NCBI GenBank assembly: GCA_963674735.2
Contig: CAXXQS010000002.1
Location: 2,144,001-2,208,000, forward strand
DNA from: Myxococcota bacterium
GTDB taxonomy: Bacteria > Myxococcota_A > SURF-8
DNA length: 64,000 nt
Direction of reading: 5' to 3'
The notes beneath the pieces were generated by a model. That model had not been told where the DNA came from. It made no database searches and saw only the letters and a list, made by a program, of their open reading frames with translations. The stretch's first letter is position 1, and every line of letters begins with the position of its first letter. The translations under genes and the position numbers were made by a program. Below, piece after piece: positions 29,296 to 39,335 of the stretch.

Positions 29296-30660
29296 ATGTC
29301 AAAACCTTCCAACGCGACCCATCCAACCGAGCGCGTCTGGCGCTTTTTCGTCTCGATTAAAGTGACGATAGTCTTGTTGGTGCTTTGGGGGCTGGGCTCG
29401 GTGGCGGGCACCTTGATTCCGCAAAATGCCGAAGCTTGGCGTTACGTGCAAGCCTATGGTCCCGAGACGGCCAACTGGTTGAGCAAACTCGGCTTTTTCG
29501 ATGTCTACCATAGTACCTGGTACTCCCTGATCCTGCTGTTGTTGATTCTGGCCATCGTCGCGTGTTCTCTCAATACGCTCTCTGCAAAGATCGCCCTGGC
29601 TGTCACACAGCCGAAAACGCGCCGGGTCAGCGGTACGAGCAAACACCACATCACCCGCGACATTCCCTGCGACGATCCGCCCACGGCCTTGCAGGCACTG
29701 AAACGGGAAATGGAAAAAGATTATAAAAACGTGCATGTAGACGATAGTCCCCAGGAAGTTCGGCTTTACGCACACAAGCAGGCCTTCGCTCATTTCATGG
29801 TTTACGCTGTTCATCTGGGTTTGGTGATCATCGTACTGGGCGGGGTGATCTCAGCCTTGTTCGGCTTCGAGGGCGTGATGGAAATTCCCGAGGGGGAGAG
29901 CCGCGATGTCGTTTTCAAACGCAATGAAAGCGGCCATGCCCCCGCCGCCTTACCCTTTGCCTTACGGCTCGATCGTTTCGAGCTGCAGCGCTTCGATACC
30001 GGTGCGCCGAAGGATTATGTGTCGGAACTGACCGTGCTCGACGGCGGGCAGGCGGTCAAGTCCAAGCGCATCGAAGTGAATACGCCCCTTAACGTAGGCG
30101 ATTACAATTTTTATCAATCGAGCTACATCGAGCAGGCGGCGTTGCTCGTCACCGAACGCGCCACGGGCAGAACGGCTCAAGCGGTGCTGCAGCCTTTCGA
30201 GCGTCGTTTCCTTGCCGACCTGGACCTGTGGGTGAGGCTCGACACTTTCAGGGTCGATAGTCAAGGCATGAGTGCGGCGGTCACCCTGGCCCGGCCGGAT
30301 GGCTCGGTGCAGCAGGTGACGCTTTTACCCGATCTTGAGAAAAACCGCGTCCTACAGGCCGATCAACCGCTGACTGTGGCTTTTGCCAAGGATCGACCGG
30401 CCTACACCACCGGGCTGATGGTGGTGCGCGATCCCGGAGCGCTGTGGATCTGGGTCGGGAGTTTTTTGATGGTGCTGGGTTTATATTTGACCTTTTACAC
30501 CTCGCATCGGCGTCTGGCTGTGCAATCGGGAGGCGCGGGCGTGATCCTGCGTGGATGGTGCCAACGTAACCCGCAGGCTTTTTCCCGTGAAATCGATGCT
30601 CTGATCCGCCGCGCAGGACTGCCCACCGGCGATCATGGCGCAAAGGATTCCAACGCATGA
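29296..30660 (+). CDS. resB: Cytochrome c biogenesis protein ResB/CcsB (System II)
   Basis: [16 protein letters not shown], conserved His in VHLG, VNTPL..FYQSS, RDPG. Confidence 0.92.
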   Translation: MSKPSNATHPTERVWRFFVSIKVTIVLLVLWGLGSVAGTLIPQNAEAWRYVQAYGPETANWLSKLGFFDVYHSTWYSLILLLLILAIVACSLNTLSAKIALAVTQPKTRRVSGTSKHHITRDIPCDDPPTALQALKREMEKDYKNVHVDDSPQEVRLYAHKQAFAHFMVYAVHLGLVIIVLGGVISALFGFEGVMEIPEGESRDVVFKRNESGHAPAALPFALRLDRFELQRFDTGAPKDYVSELTVLDGGQAVKSKRIEVNTPLNVGDYNFYQSSYIEQAALLVTERATGRTAQAVLQPFERRFLADLDLWVRLDTFRVDSQGMSAAVTLARPDGSVQQVTLLPDLEKNRVLQADQPLTVAFAKDRPAYTTGLMVVRDPGALWIWVGSFLMVLGLYLTFYTSHRRLAVQSGGAGVILRGWCQRNPQAFSREIDALIRRAGLPTGDHGAKDSNA

Positions 30661-32132
30661 TCAACACCACGCTGTTTACCGCTTGTTTCTATGTCTATAC
30701 CCTGGCGCTGCTGGCAGCGATCGTCGCCCTGACGTCGTCGAAACGCTGGCCGTCACGTGTCGCGCAAGGGCTGTTTATCACGGGCTTTGCCTTGCACACG
30801 GTGGCGCTTCTCGTGCGCTGGGCCGAGGCGGGTGACGTGGAGGTGGCTGCTTTCGAGGGAGCCGAGGGGCGTATTCTGGCGGGCTGGGAATGGTTCAAGG
30901 TGTGGACCAGCCACCCGCCCTGGTCGAATCTCTACGAATCCCTGGTGTGTTTCGGCTGGGGGGCGTCACTGGTGGCGTTGGTGGGCATGCGCCGTTTCAA
31001 GGTGCCGGTGCTGCCGGTTCTGGCCATCGGTTTGTCGATGGTGGTGATGGGGGCGGCTTCGTTGTTGATCAACCAGCAGATCAGCCCGCTGGTTCCGGCT
31101 TTGCAAAGCACCTGGTTGCATCTGCATGTGGCGACCGCCATTTTCAGTTATCCGGCCTTCGGCCTGGCCGCCATGCTGGGATTTCTCTATCTCGTGAAGG
31201 ACGGCGTTCCCTCCGAGACCTTCGGAGCCGTGGCCGCCGCGACCGCCTTGTTGATCATCCTGGCCGTGGGTGGCGCAAGCCTGATCTTGCAGGCCGAATA
31301 CACCTTGACTCCATTGGTCGAGCACATGGGCAAGCTCATGCCGCTTACCTATGCCGCCCAGGATGCCGAGGGACAGACGCTGGTTTCCAATGCGCGGCTA
31401 CGTGTGCCGGTGGCAGGTATGGGACCGGTTTTGATGCTGGCGGCGTTGACTTTCCTCGGGGCGTTGGTTGTTTACGCGTTCACCCGCAAACGCCCGGAGA
31501 TGGTTCCGCTGTTTCGTTGGATGCTGCTTGGAGCCACGGCGTTATTGACCGCCGCTTTGCTGATTCTGGTGGGGACGGTGGTCGTCAACGGCAGTTTGGA
31601 TCTCGATTCCCAGCAGGCCGCCACCCGCGTGGCGCTCAATCACATGGGCGGGGATGGCCGCACCTTGGTGGCCAACTTCCAATTGCACGGTCGCGGACCG
31701 TTTGTGCTGTCGCTCAAGGGCAACCCCTTCGAGTTTATGTTGTTGGTGGTGGCTTGGATCGGGGCGTTGGGTAGCTGGGTTCTGGGGCTGAAACGCGATT
31801 GGCTGGAGACACAACTCCCCGCCGCCGAGCGTCTTGACGAAGGCTCCTACAAAACGATCCTGTTCGCCTTCCCGTTCATGACCCTGCTCATCATCACCGG
31901 TGCTATCTGGGCTTATTATGCCTGGGGCCGCTATTGGGGTTGGGATCCGAAAGAAACCTGGTCGTTGATCACCTGGATCGTCTACAGTATTTATTTGCAC
32001 GTGCGCCTGACCCATGGTTGGGAAGGCCGTCTGCCGGCCGCGTTGGCCGTGGCCGGATTCGGCGTCGTGATTTTCACTTATCTCGGTGTCAATATCCTCA
32101 TTTCCGGCTTGCACAGCTATGCCGCAGGATGA
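30657..32132 (+). CDS. ccsA: Cytochrome c biogenesis protein CcsA/ResC (System II)
   Basis: [25 protein letters not shown] domain [18 protein letters not shown]. Confidence 0.94.
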   Translation: MINTTLFTACFYVYTLALLAAIVALTSSKRWPSRVAQGLFITGFALHTVALLVRWAEAGDVEVAAFEGAEGRILAGWEWFKVWTSHPPWSNLYESLVCFGWGASLVALVGMRRFKVPVLPVLAIGLSMVVMGAASLLINQQISPLVPALQSTWLHLHVATAIFSYPAFGLAAMLGFLYLVKDGVPSETFGAVAAATALLIILAVGGASLILQAEYTLTPLVEHMGKLMPLTYAAQDAEGQTLVSNARLRVPVAGMGPVLMLAALTFLGALVVYAFTRKRPEMVPLFRWMLLGATALLTAALLILVGTVVVNGSLDLDSQQAATRVALNHMGGDGRTLVANFQLHGRGPFVLSLKGNPFEFMLLVVAWIGALGSWVLGLKRDWLETQLPAAERLDEGSYKTILFAFPFMTLLIITGAIWAYYAWGRYWGWDPKETWSLITWIVYSIYLHVRLTHGWEGRLPAALAVAGFGVVIFTYLGVNILISGLHSYAAG

Positions 32133-32154
32133 GTCGATTTCGCAAGGAGCCGTT

Positions 32155-32775
32155 ATGAATCCGTCATCCGTCCAATTTGTTCTCAGTGCCGCCAGCTCTA
32201 CTCAGTTTCCGGAGTTGGACTGGCCCGAGGTGGCCTTCGCCGGACGGTCCAACGTGGGCAAGTCGTCGCTATTAAACATGCTTCTGGGACGACGCAAGCT
32301 GGTGAAGGTGTCGAACACACCCGGTCGCACGCGGCTGATCAATTTTTTCTCCGTCAACGAATCCTTTCACATGGTCGATCTGCCGGGTTACGGATTTGCC
32401 AAGGCGCCCAAGTCGGTGCGCCGAGACTGGCAACAGCTGATGGTGGATTACCTGCGGAAGCGCGACCAGCTGGCGGCCGTGGTGTTGCTGCTCGATGTGC
32501 GGCGTCAACCCAACGCCGAGGATATGGCGGTGCTGGATCTTTTCCGGCAAGCCGAACTGCCCACCATTCTGGCTATTACGAAGGCGGATAAACTGCCTTT
32601 ACAGCGGCGCAAAAAGCAGGTAACGTCGATCACGAAAGCCTTGAATTTGGCCCCCGGCGATGTGCATGTCACCTCGGCGCAGACCCGCCAGGGACGGGAG
32701 GAACTGTGGAGCGCGTTGGAGTGTTTTCTCGATCTCGAACCCATTGTTCCCGACGATGGTCCATGCGAAACCTGA
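32155..32775 (+). CDS. engB: Ribosome biogenesis GTPase YihA/YsxC
   Basis: GRSNVGKSS, TPGRT, DLPGYG and TKADK motifs. Confidence 0.96.
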   Translation: MNPSSVQFVLSAASSTQFPELDWPEVAFAGRSNVGKSSLLNMLLGRRKLVKVSNTPGRTRLINFFSVNESFHMVDLPGYGFAKAPKSVRRDWQQLMVDYLRKRDQLAAVVLLLDVRRQPNAEDMAVLDLFRQAELPTILAITKADKLPLQRRKKQVTSITKALNLAPGDVHVTSAQTRQGREELWSALECFLDLEPIVPDDGPCET

Positions 32776-33497
32776 TCCACCCGATCATGATGGCGCTTCT
32801 GGGCTTTTTGTGCTGGGTGGGTGTATCGGCTTCATCGCTGCGGGCCGAAACGCTGCTGGACGAGGTGGTGGGATCGGTTAACTCTGCCGCGATCACGCGC
32901 AGCCAGGTGATCTTCGAAACCCGCTTCATTCTGGTCGAAAAAGGCCAGCCCTGGTCGGGGGGCTTGCCCGCCGAACTGCTCGAACGGGTGCTGCAGCGTC
33001 TCATCGGCAAGACGATGATTTATCAGGAAATGGCTCGTACCGGCTATCTGCGTACCGAGGACGAATTGCGTCGCGAGGGCGCGGAGCCGATCGCGGCTTT
33101 CAAGCAAAGCTTCGTTTCCCAGCAGGATTATCAGCGTTTTTTGCGGGCGGTAGGCATGAGCGAGGAAGGTCTTGAAGGTGTCATCCGCCTTAACCTGCGT
33201 ATCGATACCTTCATTCAACGGCGACTGGAAATGCTGGCGCGTGTCACGGACGAGGATGTACTGGCCGAGATCCGCGTTCGTAAGGAAGATGGCCGTCTGG
33301 CGCGCGATGCCGTCGAGAATGATCGGGAGATTCAGCGATTCATTCGCGAGCAACTGGAAAAAAGTCGAAAAGACGAATCTCTGGCCAAGTGGCTGGCGGA
33401 CCTGGAAGCGCGTAATACGGTGAGGGTTTTGCAGCCGTTCACGCGTGACGAACCCCCGGCGGTGTCGGTATTTCCGGACCAAGAGGTAGTCCCATGA
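32763..33497 (+). CDS. SurA N-terminal-domain-like periplasmic protein (no PPIase domain seen)
   Basis: Signal peptide; LDEVVGSVN..IT, VLQRLI, VTDEDV, KWLADL. Confidence 0.6.
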   Translation: MRNLIHPIMMALLGFLCWVGVSASSLRAETLLDEVVGSVNSAAITRSQVIFETRFILVEKGQPWSGGLPAELLERVLQRLIGKTMIYQEMARTGYLRTEDELRREGAEPIAAFKQSFVSQQDYQRFLRAVGMSEEGLEGVIRLNLRIDTFIQRRLEMLARVTDEDVLAEIRVRKEDGRLARDAVENDREIQRFIREQLEKSRKDESLAKWLADLEARNTVRVLQPFTRDEPPAVSVFPDQEVVP

Positions 33498-33970
33498 GCG
33501 CCGTTCGCTTGGAGGAATCACGTTTCGAGATCGACGACATGACGCTCGACGATCTCGACGAAGTGCTCGATATCGAACGTGAGCGTTTTCGAGCGCCCTG
33601 GACGCCCGATTTGTTTATTACCGAATTCGCCAACCCGCGTTCATGGCGCTTCGTCGTCAAAGACCGTGAAAGCGGACGGGTGGCGGGCTATCTGATTTAC
33701 TGGATGGTGTTGGATGAGGCGCATCTGATGAATGTCGCCACCGCTCCCGCTTTCGCCCGTCAGGGTGCGGGACGTTGCATGATCGATCATCTAATCGGGG
33801 AATGCCGGGCGCGCAAGGCGGTTCGTATCACCCTGGAAGTGCGCAAGAGCAACATCGCCGCCATCAATCTCTACGCGAGCTACGGCTTCGAGGGAGTGGG
33901 GCTGCGCAAGAACTATTATGTGGAAGAAAAAGAGGATGCGATCCTGATGGAGTTGAAACTCAATGGCTGA
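33494..33970 (+). CDS. rimI: Ribosomal protein S18 alanine N-acetyltransferase
   Basis: DEAHLMNVA, TLEVRKSN..A..LY, RKNYY..EDAILM motifs. Confidence 0.93.
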   Translation: MSAVRLEESRFEIDDMTLDDLDEVLDIERERFRAPWTPDLFITEFANPRSWRFVVKDRESGRVAGYLIYWMVLDEAHLMNVATAPAFARQGAGRCMIDHLIGECRARKAVRITLEVRKSNIAAINLYASYGFEGVGLRKNYYVEEKEDAILMELKLNG

Positions 33971-34796
33971 AAAAGTGAGAACCCGCATACTCGCGCGCCG
34001 CCTTACCGGTGGCGACTATTACCTGTTGACGCTGGGAAACCCCATCGCCGCTGCGGTCCGGCCCGGACAGTTTGTCATGGTCGGGTTGGCGGATGCGGCC
34101 GATCCCTTTCTAAAACGTCCCTATTCGATTTATCGTAGCTTGCCGCCCTCGACCGAACGTCCCGAAGGCGAACTGGTGTTGCTGATCAAACGTGTGGGCA
34201 AGGGCAGCGCCCAAACCGCTTCCGTTCCGGTAGGCACCGCCATCGACATCATCGGTCCGCTGGGACAGCCGTTCGCGATTCCGGAGGGCTCGACCTCGGC
34301 TTTGTTCGTTGCCGGTGGTGTGGGAGTGGCACCTTTCATCGAACTGGCCGCCACTCTGGCCGGGAAGGGCATGCATATCCAGGCGCTTATCGGAGGACGC
34401 TCGGAGGTGGATTTGCAGGGGATTGGGGCGCTGGAAGAGCTGGGAGTAACGGTTCGATGCGCCACCGAAGACGGCAGTGCGGGAACGTCGGGGCGGGTGA
34501 CGACGCTGCTGGAAGATGCCATCGAAGCCGGGTTGCCCGAAGGCACTCAACTGTATGTCTGTGGACCCGATGCCATGATGAAGGCGGTCGGTGCCATCGC
34601 CCAACGAGCCGGACTGCCTTGTCAGCTCTCACTGGAGGCGGTGATGGGGTGCGGTTTCGGCGTGTGTCTGGGCTGCGTGGTGAAGGACAACCACGGCGAG
34701 TTCGTACGCGTTTGCAAGGAAGGTCCGGTGATTCCGGCCGACCGTTTGCAAGATTACGGTTTCGGTGACATCGGGGACGGGGAGGTGGCGAAATGA
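33963..34796 (+). CDS. pyrK: Dihydroorotate dehydrogenase electron transfer subunit
   Basis: PGQF, RPYS, GPLG, AGGVGVAP, CGP, MGCGFGVCLGC..CKEGP. Confidence 0.95.
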   Translation: MAEKVRTRILARRLTGGDYYLLTLGNPIAAAVRPGQFVMVGLADAADPFLKRPYSIYRSLPPSTERPEGELVLLIKRVGKGSAQTASVPVGTAIDIIGPLGQPFAIPEGSTSALFVAGGVGVAPFIELAATLAGKGMHIQALIGGRSEVDLQGIGALEELGVTVRCATEDGSAGTSGRVTTLLEDAIEAGLPEGTQLYVCGPDAMMKAVGAIAQRAGLPCQLSLEAVMGCGFGVCLGCVVKDNHGEFVRVCKEGPVIPADRLQDYGFGDIGDGEVAK

Positions 34797-35743
34797 ACGG
34801 CGCACAGGGTCATGCCACGGCGGCCTCTCCCACTCTGGGTGTTACGATCTGCGGGGTCGACTTCAAAAACCCCGTGATTGCCGCTTCGGGCACCTTCGGC
34901 TACGGCGAGGATATGATCGACTTCTTCGATCCCGGCTTGTTAGGCGGTATCGCGACCAAGGGCATCAGCCTCAAACCCAAAGCCGGTAATCCCACGCCGC
35001 GTATCTGGGAGACGGCTTCGGGCATGCTCAATGCCATCGGTCTCAACAACGTCGGGCTGGATGTCTTTCTTGAAAAGAAACTGCCGTTTCTGCGGTCGTT
35101 GTCCGATACGGCCTGTATCGTCAACTTTTACGGCCACACGGTGGAGGAATATGCCGAGCTGGCCGGGCGGCTGGGCGAGGTGGAGGGTGTTGATTTTCTG
35201 GAGATGAACATTTCCTGTCCCAACGTCAAAGAGGGCGGGATCGTTTTCGGCACCGATCCCAAGCTTATGGCAACCGTTGTCTCCGCCGCCAAAAAACGCT
35301 GCCGCGTCCCGCTGATCGTCAAACTATCGCCCAATGTCACCGATATCGCATTGATGGCGAAAACGGCGGTGGACGCCGGGGCGGATGCCCTTTCATTGGT
35401 GAACACTTTCACTGGGATGGCCGTGGATATCCGCAGGCGTCGCCCGATACTGGCCAATGGCGTGGGCGGCTTGTCCGGACCGGCCATCAAGCCTTTGGCC
35501 CTGCGCATGACCCACGCCGTTTGTCAGGCCGTGGCGGTGCCGGTGATCGGCATGGGCGGCATCATGAACGCCCGCGACGCTCTCGAATTCATGCTGGTAG
35601 GGGCTACGGCAGTCCAGGTGGGGACGGCGAGTTTCGTCAATCCCACCGCCATGCCCGACATGCTGACCGAGATGGGCGCGTTGCTGGCTGAACAGGGTGT
35701 CGATAACCTGTGCGACTGGATCGGAACGCTGCAGACTCCCTGA
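34793..35743 (+). CDS. pyrD: Dihydroorotate dehydrogenase (family 1B) catalytic subunit
   Basis: ASGTFGYG, GMLNAIGL, NISCPNV, VKLSPN and GGLSGPAIKP motifs. Confidence 0.96.
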   Translation: MNGAQGHATAASPTLGVTICGVDFKNPVIAASGTFGYGEDMIDFFDPGLLGGIATKGISLKPKAGNPTPRIWETASGMLNAIGLNNVGLDVFLEKKLPFLRSLSDTACIVNFYGHTVEEYAELAGRLGEVEGVDFLEMNISCPNVKEGGIVFGTDPKLMATVVSAAKKRCRVPLIVKLSPNVTDIALMAKTAVDAGADALSLVNTFTGMAVDIRRRRPILANGVGGLSGPAIKPLALRMTHAVCQAVAVPVIGMGGIMNARDALEFMLVGATAVQVGTASFVNPTAMPDMLTEMGALLAEQGVDNLCDWIGTLQTP

Positions 35744-35871
35744 TCCGTTCGACGAAGCCTCGGTCTCACCTTTTCTTCAAGTGGCCCCCGGCAACGGACT
35801 TTTGCTCGGGAATTCCTAGCAATTCCATCTATTTGCTTTGGTCAAAAAACGTCGATTACCGGCTAAAAGCG

Positions 35872-35900
35872 TTGACGAACATACCGGAGTTCCGTATTAT
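35872..35900 (+). promoter_or_regulatory. Sigma70-like promoter of the metallophosphoesterase gene
   Basis: TTGACG-17 nt-TATTAT. Confidence 0.6.
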
Positions 35901-35946
35901 TAGCCCAAGGTTAGATGTGTGTTCGCCTGCCGTAAGGAGTTCGTCT

Positions 35947-37707
35947 ATGTTCGTTCCCTTCGTTTCAAAGAAATGGAGTTTCGCCGTTGCCGCCACCCTT
36001 TTGGTGATGATGGTTTCCGTGGCTCAGGCGGCCAATCCGGCCTTGTGGCTGACCTTCGGTGCCGACCCGCGCCACGATATGGTGGTGTCTTTCTCCAGTG
36101 AAACACGCTGGGATAGCGCGGCGGTTGAATATGGTCTGACGTCGGAACTGGGGCAGTCGGTGGGACTGGTGGCCGTCGAGGACATGGGCGGTAACGTCGG
36201 TTTCGTGCATCACGCGCAATTAACGGGTCTTCAAGCCGACCGGACCTACTATTATCGCATCAACTATGGCGGTGGCGGCTTCAGTGAACCGGCTAGCTTC
36301 GTGACTGCCCCCGACGATCCGTGTACGCCTTTTACCTTCACGGCTATGGGCGACAACCGTTCGCAGGGGGCCGGTGCGGCCAACCGATACGGCGAGCTGC
36401 TTCAGGATGCCGTGAACCAGGGATCGCAGTTCATGATCAACAGCGGCGATCTGGTCAAGGACGGTAGCGTCATCGATGAGTGGGGGATTTATCTGGCCCA
36501 ACTCACCAAGGCCGGGCGCTATGTGCCGGTGCTTCCGGAGATAGGCAATCATGACGATGGTCCGGGAGAAGGCAACCTGCAGCACATTACGCGGATTTTT
36601 CGGACACCCGGCAACAACGCGACCGGCAACCGCAGCTACTACTCCTTCGAGTACGGCAACGCGTTTTTCGGCGTAGTTACCAACAACGACGGCGATGCCG
36701 CCACCCAGGCGGCTTGGCTCGATGCCAGGCTGGCCGAAACCGATGCCATCTGGAAATTCGTGTTCATTCATCAGCCTTTCCTTACCTGTCCGGCGCTGGG
36801 AATCGGCCACGAAGCTGATGAAAGTGGGGTGGGACAATATTATTACCCGGTTTTCAATCGTCACCATGTGGATGCGGTTTTTACTGGGCACAACCACTAC
36901 TACGAATTATTCAGGCCCTTCGACGGCGAAAATTTCCACGACGATCCGAGTTTGGGAACCGTACATGTCACCACCGGTGGTGCGGCCTTGGGTGAAGCGC
37001 TGGTCATGCTCAACGAGGTGGGTTTGATCTGCGATGGCCGTTTGCAGGGCCGTGCGCGGGCGCATTTTGTCAATGTGCGTATCGAAGGCGAAACCCTCAC
37101 GCTGGAGTACTGGGATGAAGGCGGGCGTTTCGGCGGCGAACTGAGCGGACCGGAGCAGCACTTTACCATTACCAAAAATACCGGCCTTGATTGTTCTCCC
37201 GTGGATGGCGATACGCCTACCGATGGCGATACGCCCACCGATGGCGATACGCCCACCGATGGCGATACGCCCACCGATGGCGATACGCCCACCGACGGCG
37301 ATACGCCCACCGACGGTGACACGCCCACTGATGGTGATATTCCCACCGACGGCGACAAACCCGCCGACGGCGACACGCCTACTGACGGCGATCAGCTCTG
37401 CCCGCCGGGGCGTTTGGAATGTGTGGGGTCGGTGGTGATGAAATGTGACGATGAAGGTATGGGCTGGGCGCAGTATCAGGATTGTGGCGATGCCGAATGC
37501 CGCGACGGTCGTTGCGTGGATTCACCTATCGAAGATGGCGATATTCCTAGCGACGGCGATACGCCGGATGGTGACGACGCTCCGGCCGGACCCTCGGCGC
37601 AGTCCGATGAGGCCGTTTCCGATGGATGTCGCCATAGTGCCGGTTTGTCGCTTTGGGGCTTTCTGCTTCTGGCGGGGTGGGTCGCTTTTCGTCGGCGACG
37701 CGCCTGA
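35947..37707 (+). CDS. Exported purple-acid-phosphatase-like metallophosphoesterase with DGD repeat stalk and MYXO-CTERM-like anchor
   Basis: Signal peptide; FN3-like N-domain (TYYYRI); GDNR, GDLV, GNHD, GHNH; ends DGC-hydrophobic-RRRR. Confidence 0.88.
   Translation: MFVPFVSKKWSFAVAATLLVMMVSVAQAANPALWLTFGADPRHDMVVSFSSETRWDSAAVEYGLTSELGQSVGLVAVEDMGGNVGFVHHAQLTGLQADRTYYYRINYGGGGFSEPASFVTAPDDPCTPFTFTAMGDNRSQGAGAANRYGELLQDAVNQGSQFMINSGDLVKDGSVIDEWGIYLAQLTKAGRYVPVLPEIGNHDDGPGEGNLQHITRIFRTPGNNATGNRSYYSFEYGNAFFGVVTNNDGDAATQAAWLDARLAETDAIWKFVFIHQPFLTCPALGIGHEADESGVGQYYYPVFNRHHVDAVFTGHNHYYELFRPFDGENFHDDPSLGTVHVTTGGAALGEALVMLNEVGLICDGRLQGRARAHFVNVRIEGETLTLEYWDEGGRFGGELSGPEQHFTITKNTGLDCSPVDGDTPTDGDTPTDGDTPTDGDTPTDGDTPTDGDTPTDGDTPTDGDIPTDGDKPADGDTPTDGDQLCPPGRLECVGSVVMKCDDEGMGWAQYQDCGDAECRDGRCVDSPIEDGDIPSDGDTPDGDDAPAGPSAQSDEAVSDGCRHSAGLSLWGFLLLAGWVAFRRRRA
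37204..37392 (+). repeat. 18-nt tandem repeat, ~10.5 copies, encoding (DGDTPT)n
   Basis: gatggcgatacgcccacc units, in frame, with mostly synonymous variation. Confidence 0.95.
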
Positions 37708-37737
37708 GACTGGCTGCTTACAATATTCAGATTCGAT

Positions 37738-37768
37738 AACCGGACGGCGCAACCGCCCGGTTTTTTTT
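37738..37768 (+). terminator. Intrinsic terminator of the phosphoesterase gene
   Basis: ACCGGACGG-cgcaa-CCGCCCGGT hairpin running into T8. Confidence 0.75.
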
Positions 37769-37770
37769 AT

Positions 37771-37801
37771 AAAAAAAAACCGCCGGCAAAAGCGCGGCGG
37801 T
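37771..37801 (-). terminator. Intrinsic terminator of the convergent small ORF
   Basis: A9 followed by CCGCCG...CGGCGG hairpin on the + strand, i.e. hairpin plus U tail on the - strand. Confidence 0.75.
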
Positions 37802-37850
37802 ATGGGTGTGGGTCAACACGGAGACTCTAGTCAAAGAAAAGAGATTTCGA

Positions 37851-38018
37851 TCAGTTGTTGTGCGGGTTTTCGCTTTCGTTCACGCACTGCCCCAACTCTT
37901 CGCTCGTAGGATTGTCGGGGTCTTTGACCGCGCCGATGGGGCAGACGTAGGTGTTGCCGGATTGGCGGTCTTCGATCCAGATCATGGGACTCGCGGCTCT
38001 GTAAGTGTTTTTGGACAT
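37851..38018 (-). CDS. Small hypothetical protein (55 aa, two Cys)
   Basis: AAGGA RBS, own terminator; WIEDRQSGNTYVCPIGAVKDP..ELGQCV. Confidence 0.65.
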   Translation of the reverse strand: MSKNTYRAASPMIWIEDRQSGNTYVCPIGAVKDPDNPTSEELGQCVNESENPHNN

Positions 38019-38218
38019 GATGTATTTCCTTTGTTGATATGTTTTCACTATTTTCACTGGGATCGTTTATTCGATCCGTGCTGTTCGTTAATATAGACGG
38101 GATGTAAACTGGATTCATTCCAAATATACAGGCCGAAGTTGCAAATATCTGTTAAAAAACGCGGAGCGAATGAGAACTTTTCGGAAATTGTTACAAAAAC
38201 GATGTGATACAGGGATTG

Positions 38219-38248
38219 AAAAAAACGCCCCGCGTTGAGGCGGAGCGT
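38219..38248 (-). terminator. Intrinsic terminator after trxB
   Basis: ACGCTCCGC...GCGGGGCGT hairpin plus T7 on the minus strand. Confidence 0.7.
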
Positions 38249-38276
38249 AGTTGACTGTAAATAGATGTGCCGGGAA

Positions 38277-39215
38277 TCAGTCGTTCAGACCAGCCAGATA
38301 GTGTTCGGCGTCCAGGGCCGACATGCAGCCCGATCCGGCGGCGGTGATGGCTTGGCGATAATGAGGATCTTGCACATCGCCACAGGCAAAGACACCCGGG
38401 ATGTTGGTTTTGCTGGTGCCCGGCTCGACGACGATATAGCCCTTGGCGTCCAGTTCAAGCTGACCTTTGAAGATTTCGGTATTGGGAGTGTGGCCGATAC
38501 CCAGGAAAAAGCCTTCGGCTTTCAGTTCGTTTTCTTCACCCGTAACGGTGTTTTTCAAGCGTGCCCCGGTCATGCCGGTGTTATCGCCCAGGACTTCGAC
38601 CGGTACGGCGTTCCAGATCACGTCGATTTTGGGGTTTTCGAGGGTGCGTTTCTGCATGATTTTGCTGGCACGGAATTCGTCGCGACGATGGACGATGTAA
38701 ACCTTGTTGGCAAATTTGGTGAGGTGGTCGGCCTCTTCCATGGCCGAATCGCCGCCGCCCACCACGATAACGTCCCGGTTACGGTAAAAAGGGCCGTCGC
38801 AGGTAGCGCAGGCGCTGACGCCCATTCCCATAAACGCCTGTTCGCTTTCAAGTCCCAGGTAGCGCGCACTGGCGCCGGTGGAGACGATTACGCTATCGGC
38901 GGTATAGGCTTCACCGTTGGACCACAGCTTGAAAGGCCGGGTGGAGAAATCGACTTTGTCAACCTGGGCCGACACGACCTGTGTGCCGAAACGCATGGCC
39001 TGGCGTTTGAACACCTCCATCATTTCGGGACCCATGACGCCGTTTTCAAAACCGGGGAAATTTTCGACCTCGTTGGTGGTGGTGAGCTGTCCACCCGGCT
39101 GCAGACCCTCGAACAAAATCGGTTCAAGGTCGGCTCGGGCGGTATATATCGCGGCAGTGTAGCCCGCCGGACCAGAGCCGATAATGGCAACTTTTGCGTG
39201 TTTGATATCCGACAT
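38277..39215 (-). CDS. trxB: Thioredoxin reductase
   Basis: GSGPAG, GGQLTTT, SACATCDG, GGGDSAMEEA and YRQAITAAG motifs. Confidence 0.98.
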   Translation of the reverse strand: MSDIKHAKVAIIGSGPAGYTAAIYTARADLEPILFEGLQPGGQLTTTNEVENFPGFENGVMGPEMMEVFKRQAMRFGTQVVSAQVDKVDFSTRPFKLWSNGEAYTADSVIVSTGASARYLGLESEQAFMGMGVSACATCDGPFYRNRDVIVVGGGDSAMEEADHLTKFANKVYIVHRRDEFRASKIMQKRTLENPKIDVIWNAVPVEVLGDNTGMTGARLKNTVTGEENELKAEGFFLGIGHTPNTEIFKGQLELDAKGYIVVEPGTSKTNIPGVFACGDVQDPHYRQAITAAGSGCMSALDAEHYLAGLND

Positions 39216-39335
39216 GGTCACTCCTTTGGAAAGAAGGTTATGGCTGTTTCCCTACAAACACTAAGGCCCTTTTCATTAAAAGCAAGCGTTTGGCCCGAAT
39301 TAGTTTTTCCTAAGTCCCCAGTGATATGAAAATAC

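Noticed and set aside
37204-37392. 18-nt direct repeats as a CRISPR array
   Set aside because: No spacers, in-frame coding repeat with synonymous variation, and no cas genes in the window.
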